Program-made: the position numbers and the translations under genes | The notes under the pieces: generated by a model | Told to the model about the DNA's origin: nothing | Databases searched by the model: none | The model's input: only the letters and a program-made list of their open reading frames with translations | Shown here: positions 36,379 to 46,217 of the stretch, piece by piece | How the letters are laid out: each line of letters opens with the position of its first letter | Position numbering within the stretch: position 1 is the first letter of the stretch | DNA from: an uncultured Bdellovibrionales bacterium | Lineage (GTDB): Bacteria; Patescibacteriota; Minisyncoccia; Moranbacterales; UBA1568 | Reading direction: 5' to 3' | Length of the DNA: 64,000 nt | Assembly (NCBI GenBank): GCA_964500505.1 | Contig: CAZCNN010000002.1 | Location: 4,081 to 68,080 of the forward strand

Positions 36379-38033
36379 AAGAAAGGGTCCAAAAAGAAGG
36401 TAAATTGGTTGCCGTCTACGGTAGAGTCTCAACTTCAAATCAGGAGAATGAGAAGACCATTGAGACGCAGCTTTTGGCTGTCCACGAACTTGCCGAAAAA
36501 GAAAATTACACTATTGTGCAAGAATATCTTGATGAGGGTTGGAGCGGAGATAATCTCGCAAGACCAGGCCTCGATCAACTTCGCATCGATGCAAAGAAGA
36601 AGAATTGGGAAGCCGTATTGATTTATGACCCAGATAGATTGGCTCGGCGGGGAGCGTGGCAAGAAGTAGTGATGGAGGAGTTAAAAGAACTAGAGATCGA
36701 TGTTCTTTTTGTCACTATTCCAAAACCAAAAACCGACGAGGATGTCATCATGTATAAAATGAGAGGTGTGTTCGCTGAATATGAAAGAATGAAAATAGCG
36801 GAGCGTTTTCGGCTCGGAAAGAAGCGGAAAGTAGAAGAGGGACATGTTCTTACCACGGAAGCTCCTTATGGTTATCGCTACATCCGAAATGACAAGGATA
36901 AAAAGCAGCATGGATATTATGAGATCGTTGAAGAAGAAGCAAGAGTGGTGAGGATGATGTTCACTTGGATTGGTGAACATGGCTTCACTATTCGGCAAGT
37001 AGTTCGGAAGTTGCAGGAGCTCGGTATCAAACCGAAGAGGAGCAAGCGAGGAGTGTGGAATACGAGCACATTGTCTACATCGCTTCGCAATAAGACCTAT
37101 ATCGGAGAGGCTCACTACGGGAGTACTTATGCAGTAGTGCCCAAAAATCCCCAAAGCAAAGAAAAGTTTCGCAAAGTAAAAAAGAGTAGCCGAAAGAATA
37201 GACCAGAGGAGGAGTGGATAGCATCGAAAATCCCTGTACCGGCAATTATCGATAAGCCACTTTTTGCGAAAGTGCGCGCCCAATTAGAGGCGAATTTTGC
37301 TCTGTGTCAGCGTAATGCGAAGAACGAGTATTTGCTTGGAAGCAAAATATTCTGCTCTTGTGGTACAAAACGGAATGGTGAGGGTCCCCAACATGGCAAG
37401 CACCTGTATTACCGCTGTAGCAATCGGGTGTATAGTTTTCCGTTGCCTCGCACATGCCATGAAGGTGGGATTAATGCGAGAATTACTGATCGGTTGGTAT
37501 GGGAAGGAATCGACAGACTGCTGACTTCTCCGGATTTGTTACTGGCACAGATAGATCAGTGGAAGAAGAATCAAAAACATGAATCTCAGTCCGTCTTTGG
37601 GGATATTGAGGTAATAAAGAAGGAAATAGCAAAACTGAAAACGCAACAGGACCGATATAATAGAGCATACGGAGCCGAAGTCCTGACGTTAGAGCAGTTG
37701 AAGGGGTACACTGCATCCATAAGGAGTGATATTGCAGCGCTTGAGTCACAGATAAGAATGGCGGAACAGCAAGAGGGTCAGTCGAAGGTTGGTCGTGAGC
37801 CAACAAGGGAGGAGATAGAGGCCTTGGCAGAAAGAGCGACAAAAAATCTCAGGGACTTGAATTTTAACGGAAAAAGAGGGATAGTAAGAGACATTGTAGA
37901 AAAAGTCATTGGTACCCAATTGCAGGTAGAAGTATCCGGAGCTATTCCTTTAACGACACTAAACTATGTCGAGTACAAAACTGAAAGTCGGAATCGTAGG
38001 ACTGCCAAACGTCGGGAAATCGACGCTGTTTAA
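36375..38033 (+). CDS. large serine recombinase (phage-type serine integrase)
   Basis: N-terminal catalytic domain (LVAVYGRVSTSNQ...LIYDPDRLARR), recombinase domain, Cys-rich zinc ribbon (CSCG...YYRC) and coiled-coil region. 3' end overlaps the ychF start by 68 nt. Confidence 0.85.
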   Translation: MKERVQKEGKLVAVYGRVSTSNQENEKTIETQLLAVHELAEKENYTIVQEYLDEGWSGDNLARPGLDQLRIDAKKKNWEAVLIYDPDRLARRGAWQEVVMEELKELEIDVLFVTIPKPKTDEDVIMYKMRGVFAEYERMKIAERFRLGKKRKVEEGHVLTTEAPYGYRYIRNDKDKKQHGYYEIVEEEARVVRMMFTWIGEHGFTIRQVVRKLQELGIKPKRSKRGVWNTSTLSTSLRNKTYIGEAHYGSTYAVVPKNPQSKEKFRKVKKSSRKNRPEEEWIASKIPVPAIIDKPLFAKVRAQLEANFALCQRNAKNEYLLGSKIFCSCGTKRNGEGPQHGKHLYYRCSNRVYSFPLPRTCHEGGINARITDRLVWEGIDRLLTSPDLLLAQIDQWKKNQKHESQSVFGDIEVIKKEIAKLKTQQDRYNRAYGAEVLTLEQLKGYTASIRSDIAALESQIRMAEQQEGQSKVGREPTREEIEALAERATKNLRDLNFNGKRGIVRDIVEKVIGTQLQVEVSGAIPLTTLNYVEYKTESRNRRTAKRREIDAV

Positions 38034-39024
38034 GGCGCTCACGCGGAAGCAGGTGGATATCAACAACTATCCTTTTTGTACCATCGAGCCCAATATCGGC
38101 ATCGTCGAGGTGCCAGACGAGCGTCTAGCCAAGCTCTCTACTCTCTCCGGGAGTAAGAAAATCATTCCAGCCGTGATCGAGTTTGTCGATATTGCCGGTC
38201 TTGTAAAGGGTGCGAGCGAAGGGGAGGGTCTCGGCAACAAGTTTCTCCAGAATATCCGAGAAGTGGATGCCATCGTCGAGGTAGTACGCGTGTTTCAGAA
38301 TCCAGACATCATCCACGTCCACAACCGGGTGGAACCCAAAGAGGATATCGAAATCATCAATACCGAACTCATCCTCGCTGACCTGGAGACCGTGACCAAA
38401 CGGAAATTGAAGACCGTGAAAGAAGCCCGAGCCGGGCACAAGGCGGCGCTCGCGGAGATGACGGTCCTTGAAAAGCTTGAGACAGAGTTTCAGGCCGCGC
38501 GACTCCCGCATGCCATGATCGAATCACTCTCCGACGAAGAGCAGAAAATCGTGCGAGAGCTCCAGCTCCTCACCACCAAGCCCTTTCTCTATGTGTACAA
38601 TGTGTCGGATGTCGAGGTGACGCTCGCGCCGGAACTTGAGATGCGTCCTCATGTGAAGCTTGATATCAAGATCGAGGAGGAGCTCATCGAGATGACGGAG
38701 GAGGAAATTGCCGAGATGGGGCTGGTCTCACACCTCGGTGACCTGGCGCGAGGGGCCTATGCGCTCCTCGGGCTCATGACCTATTTCACGACTGGCGAGA
38801 TGGAGACCCGGGCCTGGACGGTCAAGCAGGGCTCGACGGCGCCACAGGCAGGGGCGGCTATCCATGGAGATTTCGAAGAAAAGTTCATCCGGGCGGAGAT
38901 TATCCACTTTACCAAACTGATCGAAGCGGGGTCTTGGAGTGCTGCCAGAGACCTGGGGACACTGCGTCTTGAGGGGCGGGAATATGTCGTCCAGGATGGG
39001 GACGTCATCGTGTTCAAAATCTAG
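37966..39024 (+). CDS. ychF: ribosome-binding ATPase YchF (Obg-family GTPase with TGS domain)
   Basis: G1 motif [15 protein letters not shown]-terminal TGS-like [14 protein letters not shown]. Confidence 0.9.
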   Translation: MSSTKLKVGIVGLPNVGKSTLFKALTRKQVDINNYPFCTIEPNIGIVEVPDERLAKLSTLSGSKKIIPAVIEFVDIAGLVKGASEGEGLGNKFLQNIREVDAIVEVVRVFQNPDIIHVHNRVEPKEDIEIINTELILADLETVTKRKLKTVKEARAGHKAALAEMTVLEKLETEFQAARLPHAMIESLSDEEQKIVRELQLLTTKPFLYVYNVSDVEVTLAPELEMRPHVKLDIKIEEELIEMTEEEIAEMGLVSHLGDLARGAYALLGLMTYFTTGEMETRAWTVKQGSTAPQAGAAIHGDFEEKFIRAEIIHFTKLIEAGSWSAARDLGTLRLEGREYVVQDGDVIVFKI

Positions 39025-39108
39025 TAGGAAATCCCCAGACTTTGTGGTATAATACATCCGTCTGCAAGGCGGATTTTTTGTCCATGCCGAGCGTTTAATG
39101 AAGGGAAC

Positions 39109-42100
39109 ATGACACAACTCGTGCAGTCAAAACAAAAGGAGAAAACACAATCAATTTTTCGGCGCTTTTTTACCAAGAAAGTGCTCGTTTTGCGTTGGCA
39201 GTTCAATCTCCTCAGTCTCGTGTTCTTGGGTGTCGGTGCGCTCGCGGGATTCTATCTGACCCTCTCGGGGGTTATCCCACATATCCTCGCTGCCGATACG
39301 ACGGATACCTGGGACTTCTCTGTCAGTGGGGACTATACCCCATCTGACTCGTCACTCCTTGAGGTGACATCATCGACTGCGCGACTCAAGGTCCAGAACT
39401 ATGCGACAGACGCGAATACCGCGGCCCTCTGGCACCTCGATGAATCAAGTGGCAACGCGACGGATAGCTCTGGCAATAGTAATACGGGGACAGTGGCCAA
39501 TGGCACCTATACCACCGGCAGTCTCAACAATGGACTGACATTCAACGGCTCCACGGCATCGCTTACGGCTGCGGACTCGAGCTCACTTTCACTCACTGGT
39601 GACTTTACTGTTGAGGCCTGGACCAAGTTTTCTTCATCATTCAGTACGACATCCAATCGGAACCGACAGGGCATCCTCGACAAGGGACCATATCAGATGT
39701 ACTACGATAACGAGTCGGGGAAAGTTGTGTTTGAGATGGCACCATCGTCAGCGAACGGCTGGGCTCAGGTGGCGGGGCCGGATATGCTCAACAACAACGG
39801 TGTATCGATCAACACCGAAACCAACCAAAGTTGGGATGCGAACAGTAAGAACTTCGTGTGGAAGCAGGTGGTGGTAGGGAGTGATATCTACGTCGCGCTC
39901 GGTAGTGCGACCACGGGGACGACGGTGACCGGTGACGCTGAAGTCTGGAAGTGTACCAGCTGTGATACCAGTCCGGCATGGTCCAAGATTGGTGGGGACG
40001 GACTGAACAGTAGTTGGGCCGATGGGACATACGAAGATGCATCGTCGATTGTCTCGGACGGGACCAATATCTATACCGGTATCGGTAACAGTTCGGGTGA
40101 AGCAGAAGTGTGGCGGTACGATGGATCATCGTGGACCAAAGTAGGAGGTGATACCGTCAACTCGAGCTGGCTCATCGTGGCTCCTGGTCCTTATGAGCGC
40201 GTGACGAGTATGGTCGCGGATGGGACCACCATTTATGCTGGCTTAGGAACGACAGCAAGCGACGCTGAAGTCTGGCGCTGTACAAATTGTGATAGTAGCC
40301 CGAGCTGGTCGAAGATTGGTGGTGATGGGACAGGATCTGGTGGGCAATCCTGGGCTACGGGATATGAAGAAGTGTCGGCTCTCACCATCGTGAATAGCAC
40401 GACACTTGCCGTTGGCCTCGGGACATCAGCTGGGGACGCCGAAGTTTGGACCTGTGCGACATCGTCGTGCGCGGTGACTTCTGGTTGGACCAAGCGTGGT
40501 GGGGACGCGACTGGCTCCGGTGGCCAGTCCTGGTCAAACGTGACAGATGAAATTCGCAGTCTCGCATCAAGTGGCACCGTCATCTATGTGGGTACGGGTG
40601 TGACAGCTGGCGAGGCCGATGTATGGCGCTGTGACCTCGGTGGTACCTGCACGACGACTTCGGGGTGGACTCAAGTCGGTGGCGATGCACTGAACTCGAG
40701 CTGGGCAGCCTCAACATATGAGCGGGTCTGGTCTCTGCTTGCCAGTGGCACGACTGTCTATGCGGGTCTAGGTGATACGGCCGGTGATGCTGAAGTTTGG
40801 CAGTGTACAAGCTGTGATGGTGGTAGTCCTGTATGGACGAAACTCGGTGGTGACGGTACCGGTATCAGTGGTCAGTCTTGGGGAAATACGACCGGTGCGT
40901 CATTTTTGTACGCAGCGAGCTTGTCGATGATCGGCAATAATATCTTTGTGGGAGCGAGCTCCGGAGCCGGGACCAGTGGCGCTGAGATGTGGCGTTGTGA
41001 TACGAGCGGGACCTGTAGTAACTCAGCTGGCTGGACAAGAATAGCTGGCGACTACCTCAATGCTAGTTGGGGAGTATATGGATTGAATGGTGTCATATCT
41101 ATGACCACAACGGGTGGTAAACTGTATGCCGGAACTGGAGATGATCAGGCGGCTGCAACATCCAATGGCAACGCGACGGTATGGGAATATGACGGTACGA
41201 GCTGGACCATGATTGGTGGTCAAGGAAAAAATAGTTCGTGGGCGTATGGCCACCCCACATCAACCGCACAGACAATCCGCTCGGTGACATCGATGACAGG
41301 ATACAATGGGACACTCATCGTGGGGCTCGGTGGTGGTACCGCTGGTGATGCCGAGGTCTGGAGCTGGAATGGGAGCGCCTGGACCAAGATTGGTGGCGAC
41401 GGGACCGGGACGGGCGGTCAATCCTGGGCTACTGGAACCAAACGTTCAGTCCCAGCGATGACAGTCGTCGGCTCGACTCTCTACGCGGGACTCCAAGGGA
41501 CGGCGGCCGGTGATGGCGAGATGTGGACCTGCGATCTCGCGGTCTCGTGTACGACGACCGCTGGTTGGACGCTCCGGGGCGGTGATGCGACGGGTGCTGG
41601 TGGGCAGAGTTGGAACAACACGACGTTTGAGGCCGTATGGAGCATGGCGGTCCGAGGTACGAGTCTGTATATCGGACTCGGCTCAAGTGCGGGGGACGCC
41701 GAAGTTTGGACCTGTGATACGGGCGCATCCTGCACTCAGACGGCTGGCTGGACCAAGCTCGGTGGCGATACCGTCAATTCAAGTTGGGCCAATAGTACGT
41801 ACGAGGAAGTGACGGCGCTCACATGGTACCGGGGCGAGCTCTATGCTGGTCTCGGAGCGAGTACGGGTGATGCCGAACTCTGGAAGTATAATGGGACCAA
41901 CTGGGGGAGTGCTGCCGTCGCTGGTGACGGACTGAATGGGAGTTGGACCGATACTCTCTACGAGCGAGTGAAGTCGCTTACCACGTATAATGGAGACCTT
42001 ATAGTGAGCTTGGGTGATGGTACCGGAGAAGGTGAAGTATGGCGGTACAATACGAGCACTTGGTCACGTATCGGTGGTGATGGTGCCAATTCCGGTTGGA

Positions 42101-45100
42101 CCAATATCGTCGAGCGCATCAGTGCTCTGGCAGTGTATAAAGGCAAACTCTATGCTGGGACAGGGCTGACCGCCAATAGCGATGCAACGATTTGGGCGTA
42201 TGGCGGAAATATTGTTCTTGAGTCGACCACAACGAGTCAAGATACCAGCTGGCACCATATTGCCGTGACGTATGAGGGGAGTGAACTGACGCTCTTTATC
42301 GATGGCATTGAAGATACGAGTGTGGCGACCACGGCTACGATGTCTGATACGGTCCATCCACTCCTCCTTGGGACCCAAGCGGGGTCGACCGTAGCGGGTC
42401 GTGCTCCCTCTAGCTTCACTGGAATGCTTGATGAGGTGCGCATTAGCAATATTGCCCGCTCGTCATTTACGACGACGCCATATACGAGTAGTCGAGTAGC
42501 AGTGAGACCGTCCTCGGCTGTGCGCCTCTCTGGAATCAAATCATGGGACACATTTACTACCACAGAGACAGCGAATGGGGGCACGATTACCTATCGACTT
42601 TCGGATGATGGTGGTACGACCTGGAAGTATTGGAATGGATCGGCGTGGGCCACATCATCAGGACTGACCGATGCGAATAGTGCGAGCACGGTCAACACCA
42701 ATATCGGTACTTTTCCGGTAACTGATGATGGATTTATGTGGCAGGCCGTCCTCCTCGGCAATGGCAATCAGTTGGTGACTTTAAATGAAGTGGTAATGGA
42801 GTCAACCTCTGATATTGTGGCTCCGACGGCGCCAGATACGCTCACGGCGCTCAATCAGAACGGGGGATTGACTTCACTCACGACCAATACCTGGTACACG
42901 TATACGGCACCGTACTTTAGCTGGAGCGGAGCGACGGATACCGGTGGATCAGGAGTCGGTGGGTACTATGTCTATTTTGGGACAGACAATACTGCTGAGC
43001 CATCGACCGCTGGGACCTTTCAGGTGGCAAGTACCTACGAACCCTCAAGTATGACCAGTGGTCAGACCTACTATCTCCGGATTCGAGCACGGGACAATGC
43101 TCAGAATACGAGCTCAGTCTACGCTGCTTTTATCTACAAACTCGACAGTACCGGACCACAGAATCCGACTGGTGTGACGGTGGCGCCGACGGGATATTCA
43201 CCGACCAATGATTTTACTTTCTTCTGGACTGCGACTGCGAGCGATGCCGCCTCTGGTGTCGCTGGCTACCAGTATCAGGTGGGAGCGTCGGTTAATCCGG
43301 GGAGCTGGTCATCAACGACGTCGAGTACGAGCGTCAATCTGCCAGGGGCGGCGTACCAGACTGGCGAAAACTTCTTTTACCTCCGGACCCTTGATAACGC
43401 CGGGAACGTGGCAAGTGTCAATGTCCAGGTTGCCTTTTACTATGCGGGGAGTGGCCCGACCGCTCCACAAAATGTCGATGTCACACCGGAAACGAATACC
43501 GCGAACTCCTTTGCCTTTTCCTGGGATGCCCCATCGAGTTATTCGGGTGATGCCGCTGATTTGACCTATTGTTACACCATCAATACCCTTCCATCAGAGA
43601 TTACCTGTAGTTTTACTTCAGCGGGAGCGACATCGCTCTCTGCTTCGGCTTTTGCCACCCAGGTAGGTGCCAACACGTTCTATGTGGTAGCTAAAAATGA
43701 TGATAGCGTCGGTGGAGCCATCAACTATGGAGCCTATGACAGCGTGACCTTTACGGCCAACACCAGTGCCCCGGGTATTCCCCTTAACGTGGAAATAGCT
43801 GATGTGTCGGTGAAGAGTACCAGCTCCTGGAAGATTGCCCTCTCGTGGGAGCCACCCTCGTCTGGGACGGTTGAGGATTATGAGATCTACCGCTCAACTG
43901 ATGGCACGACCTATACCTATTCGGCTGCGACCACCGGTATCGCTTTTGTAGACACCGGACTGGATCAGACCACCTACTACTACAAGGTCCGGGCCTGCGA
44001 CAACGTTCACAACTGTGGTTCGTTTAGTACCGCGGTTGAGCTTCTGCCGAGTGGTCGTTTTACCACGGCTCCAGAGCTCTCCTCTGAGCCAAAAGTAACT
44101 GCCATCACCACCCGGGCCGCGACCATCACCTGGAGCACGGATCGTACTTCAGATAGTAAGATTCAATATGGCAAGAGTGCCCGCTCATACCTGAGTGAAG
44201 AACCGAGCAATTCGGACCAACTCACTGATCACGAGATCCATCTGACCAACTTGTCACCAGGAACCAAGTACTATTTCAAAGCCAAGTGGACCGACGAAGA
44301 CGGTAACACCGGGGTATCATCGGAAGATAGTTTTGAGACCGCTCCGGCCCCAACTGTCACGGACCCGACCTTGAAGACCGCCGGACTTGAGGACGCGGTA
44401 CTTGAGTTTACGGTGCAAGACGCGAGTTCGGTCAAAATCTACTACGGCACGACGGCCGCTTTTGGTAGTATCAAAGAAATCGCCACCTCGACCACCAAGA
44501 CCACCTACAATGTCACCCTCGACAACCTCCTTGATGGGACCAAATATTACTACAAGATTAATACCCTTGATACTGAAGAAGAAGAGTATGATGGGAGCAC
44601 CCTCTCGTTTGAGACCTTGCCTCGACCAAAGATCTCCAACGTCCGGATTCAGCAGGTACGGGGATCAGCTCAGACTATTGTGCTTGTCACCTGGTCGACC
44701 AATACGGACACTTCGTCCATTGTGAGTTACTATCCCGAGGGCAAGCCAGAGGAACTCCTTGATGAGGTCAATGTGAAACTTCAGAAAGGGGAGCACCGGG
44801 TCCTGGTGCGTAATCTTCTCCCCCAGACTCCATACGTGCTCGTGGTGAAAGGACGAGATCGAGCGGGTAATGAAGCGGCGAGTGATTCTCAGCGTTTCAC
44901 GACGGCGACAGATACTCGAGCGCCCCAGGTGTCCGAGGTCAATGTCGAAGGAACAGTCTCGACCCGTGGCGGAGACAATACCGAAGCTGAAGCCGAAGCA
45001 CAACTGGTCATCTCGTGGACTACTGACGAACAATCGACTTCTCAGGTAGAATATGGAGAGGGGACTGGTTCGACGTATGCTCAGAAATCTCAAGAAGACA

Positions 45101-45294
45101 CGGGACTCGTCACTAACCACACTGTTATCATCTCCGGACTCACTCCTTCCAAGGTGTATCACCTCCGCATTGTTTCGCGTGATAAAGCAGGCAATGTAGG
45201 CAACTCTATCGATACAGTCGCGATTACACCCAAAGCCACCGCCAATGCCCTCGATCTCGTCATCACCAGCCTCCGCTCTATCCTCGGACAATAA
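39109..45294 (+). CDS. giant surface/secreted protein (2061 aa): N-terminal TM anchor, ~12 propeller-like repeats, LamG/concanavalin-like domain, multiple fibronectin type III domains
   Basis: N-terminal TM (LLSLVFLGVGALAGFYLTL). Repeated ~58-aa units carry GDAEVW(R/T)C...GGD....SW. LamG-like block LTLFIDGIEDT...LDEVRISN. FN3-like blocks YYLRIRARDNAQN, YYYKVRACDNVHN and KYYFKAKWTDEDGN. Putative extended -10 TGgTATAAT ~39045-39053. Confidence 0.75.
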   Translation: MTQLVQSKQKEKTQSIFRRFFTKKVLVLRWQFNLLSLVFLGVGALAGFYLTLSGVIPHILAADTTDTWDFSVSGDYTPSDSSLLEVTSSTARLKVQNYATDANTAALWHLDESSGNATDSSGNSNTGTVANGTYTTGSLNNGLTFNGSTASLTAADSSSLSLTGDFTVEAWTKFSSSFSTTSNRNRQGILDKGPYQMYYDNESGKVVFEMAPSSANGWAQVAGPDMLNNNGVSINTETNQSWDANSKNFVWKQVVVGSDIYVALGSATTGTTVTGDAEVWKCTSCDTSPAWSKIGGDGLNSSWADGTYEDASSIVSDGTNIYTGIGNSSGEAEVWRYDGSSWTKVGGDTVNSSWLIVAPGPYERVTSMVADGTTIYAGLGTTASDAEVWRCTNCDSSPSWSKIGGDGTGSGGQSWATGYEEVSALTIVNSTTLAVGLGTSAGDAEVWTCATSSCAVTSGWTKRGGDATGSGGQSWSNVTDEIRSLASSGTVIYVGTGVTAGEADVWRCDLGGTCTTTSGWTQVGGDALNSSWAASTYERVWSLLASGTTVYAGLGDTAGDAEVWQCTSCDGGSPVWTKLGGDGTGISGQSWGNTTGASFLYAASLSMIGNNIFVGASSGAGTSGAEMWRCDTSGTCSNSAGWTRIAGDYLNASWGVYGLNGVISMTTTGGKLYAGTGDDQAAATSNGNATVWEYDGTSWTMIGGQGKNSSWAYGHPTSTAQTIRSVTSMTGYNGTLIVGLGGGTAGDAEVWSWNGSAWTKIGGDGTGTGGQSWATGTKRSVPAMTVVGSTLYAGLQGTAAGDGEMWTCDLAVSCTTTAGWTLRGGDATGAGGQSWNNTTFEAVWSMAVRGTSLYIGLGSSAGDAEVWTCDTGASCTQTAGWTKLGGDTVNSSWANSTYEEVTALTWYRGELYAGLGASTGDAELWKYNGTNWGSAAVAGDGLNGSWTDTLYERVKSLTTYNGDLIVSLGDGTGEGEVWRYNTSTWSRIGGDGANSGWTNIVERISALAVYKGKLYAGTGLTANSDATIWAYGGNIVLESTTTSQDTSWHHIAVTYEGSELTLFIDGIEDTSVATTATMSDTVHPLLLGTQAGSTVAGRAPSSFTGMLDEVRISNIARSSFTTTPYTSSRVAVRPSSAVRLSGIKSWDTFTTTETANGGTITYRLSDDGGTTWKYWNGSAWATSSGLTDANSASTVNTNIGTFPVTDDGFMWQAVLLGNGNQLVTLNEVVMESTSDIVAPTAPDTLTALNQNGGLTSLTTNTWYTYTAPYFSWSGATDTGGSGVGGYYVYFGTDNTAEPSTAGTFQVASTYEPSSMTSGQTYYLRIRARDNAQNTSSVYAAFIYKLDSTGPQNPTGVTVAPTGYSPTNDFTFFWTATASDAASGVAGYQYQVGASVNPGSWSSTTSSTSVNLPGAAYQTGENFFYLRTLDNAGNVASVNVQVAFYYAGSGPTAPQNVDVTPETNTANSFAFSWDAPSSYSGDAADLTYCYTINTLPSEITCSFTSAGATSLSASAFATQVGANTFYVVAKNDDSVGGAINYGAYDSVTFTANTSAPGIPLNVEIADVSVKSTSSWKIALSWEPPSSGTVEDYEIYRSTDGTTYTYSAATTGIAFVDTGLDQTTYYYKVRACDNVHNCGSFSTAVELLPSGRFTTAPELSSEPKVTAITTRAATITWSTDRTSDSKIQYGKSARSYLSEEPSNSDQLTDHEIHLTNLSPGTKYYFKAKWTDEDGNTGVSSEDSFETAPAPTVTDPTLKTAGLEDAVLEFTVQDASSVKIYYGTTAAFGSIKEIATSTTKTTYNVTLDNLLDGTKYYYKINTLDTEEEEYDGSTLSFETLPRPKISNVRIQQVRGSAQTIVLVTWSTNTDTSSIVSYYPEGKPEELLDEVNVKLQKGEHRVLVRNLLPQTPYVLVVKGRDRAGNEAASDSQRFTTATDTRAPQVSEVNVEGTVSTRGGDNTEAEAEAQLVISWTTDEQSTSQVEYGEGTGSTYAQKSQEDTGLVTNHTVIISGLTPSKVYHLRIVSRDKAGNVGNSIDTVAITPKATANALDLVITSLRSILGQ
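39900..42100 (+). repeat. tandem degenerate ~175-nt (≈58-aa) coding repeats, ~12 copies, within the giant protein gene
   Basis: Recurrent GDAEVW-encoding 21-mers (ggtgacgctgaagtctgg / ggggacgccgaagtttgg ...) at ~175-nt intervals from ~39937 to ~42030. Confidence 0.6.
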
Positions 45295-45305
45295 ACACAA
45301 ACACC

Positions 45306-46214
45306 ATGGCCTCTCCTGTTTTGCGTAAGCAAACAACACCCGCGCCGACGCTCACCCCGCCGCTCCCTGATCCGGCGCCGGTGGTTTCGGATGCAGCACC
45401 GATGCCGGCTCCGATAGCGAAGACGCCACTTATCTCAACCAAGGCGCCCATCGGTCTCGGTGAAGAGATTATCCACGCCGAGGGAGTGATTAAGGCTTTT
45501 GATATCGGGACCCAAATGGTGCTTGTTTTGAAGGGAGTGACGTTTTCGGTAACGCGAGGGGATTTCGCGGTCCTCTTTGGATCCTCTGGTTGCGGCAAGT
45601 CGACGCTCCTCCATATTCTTCTCGGTCTTGAGCCACCGACCAAGGGCACCATCACATTCCTTGGAGAAGATATGTACGCGGGTCGGACTGAGGACGAACG
45701 AGCTCAGTTCCGCAAGCACCACATCGGGATGGTCTATCAGCAGTCAAACTGGGTCAAATCGCTCTCGGTTCTTGAGAATGTCGCGTTTCCCCTCATGCTC
45801 CTCGGCAAAGAAAAGACTGAGTGTCTGGAAAAAGCTTACGAAACCCTCAAGCTCATGAAGATGGAGAACTGGGCCCACTATCACCCGATGGAACTCTCCG
45901 GAGGACAGCAGCAACGTGTGTCGGTAGCGCGGGCTATCATCACTGATCCGGAGGTCCTCGTCGCGGATGAGCCGACTGGTAACCTCGACTATGAAGCAGG
46001 TCAGAACCTCATGTACCTCCTAAATGACCTGAACAATATGGGCAAGACCATCATCATGGTGACTCACGACCTCGAGTATATCCGCTATTCCAAAACCGCC
46101 CTCAATATGAAAGATGGCCGGATCGAAGGTATTTACCGTGATGGCGACAAAGACATCCTCGAATCAAAACTGACGTACAAGAAAGCTGACTTGAGCGTAC
46201 TCAACAAGAAATAA
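45306..46214 (+). CDS. ABC transporter ATP-binding protein (MacB/LolD/FtsE-like) with ~50-aa Pro/Ala-rich N-terminal extension
   Basis: Walker [10 protein letters not shown], signature [14 protein letters not shown], Walker [12 protein letters not shown]. Confidence 0.85.
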   Translation: MASPVLRKQTTPAPTLTPPLPDPAPVVSDAAPMPAPIAKTPLISTKAPIGLGEEIIHAEGVIKAFDIGTQMVLVLKGVTFSVTRGDFAVLFGSSGCGKSTLLHILLGLEPPTKGTITFLGEDMYAGRTEDERAQFRKHHIGMVYQQSNWVKSLSVLENVAFPLMLLGKEKTECLEKAYETLKLMKMENWAHYHPMELSGGQQQRVSVARAIITDPEVLVADEPTGNLDYEAGQNLMYLLNDLNNMGKTIIMVTHDLEYIRYSKTALNMKDGRIEGIYRDGDKDILESKLTYKKADLSVLNKK

Positions 46215-46217
46215 CCT

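Larger units (their letters stand above)
32006..38033. mobile_element. phage/integrative-element-derived module (replication protein, resolvase-domain protein, Xis, large serine integrase) abutting ychF
   Basis: Gene content as listed. No terminal repeats identified, as expected for serine integrases. The left boundary is uncertain and may extend to ~12.3 kb. Confidence 0.45.

Noticed and set aside
39599-42584. Multiple 60-120-aa ORFs on both strands inside the giant protein gene
   Set aside because: All lie within the single long 2061-aa frame, which has coherent domain content. These are off-frame artefacts of the repetitive GC-rich coding sequence.
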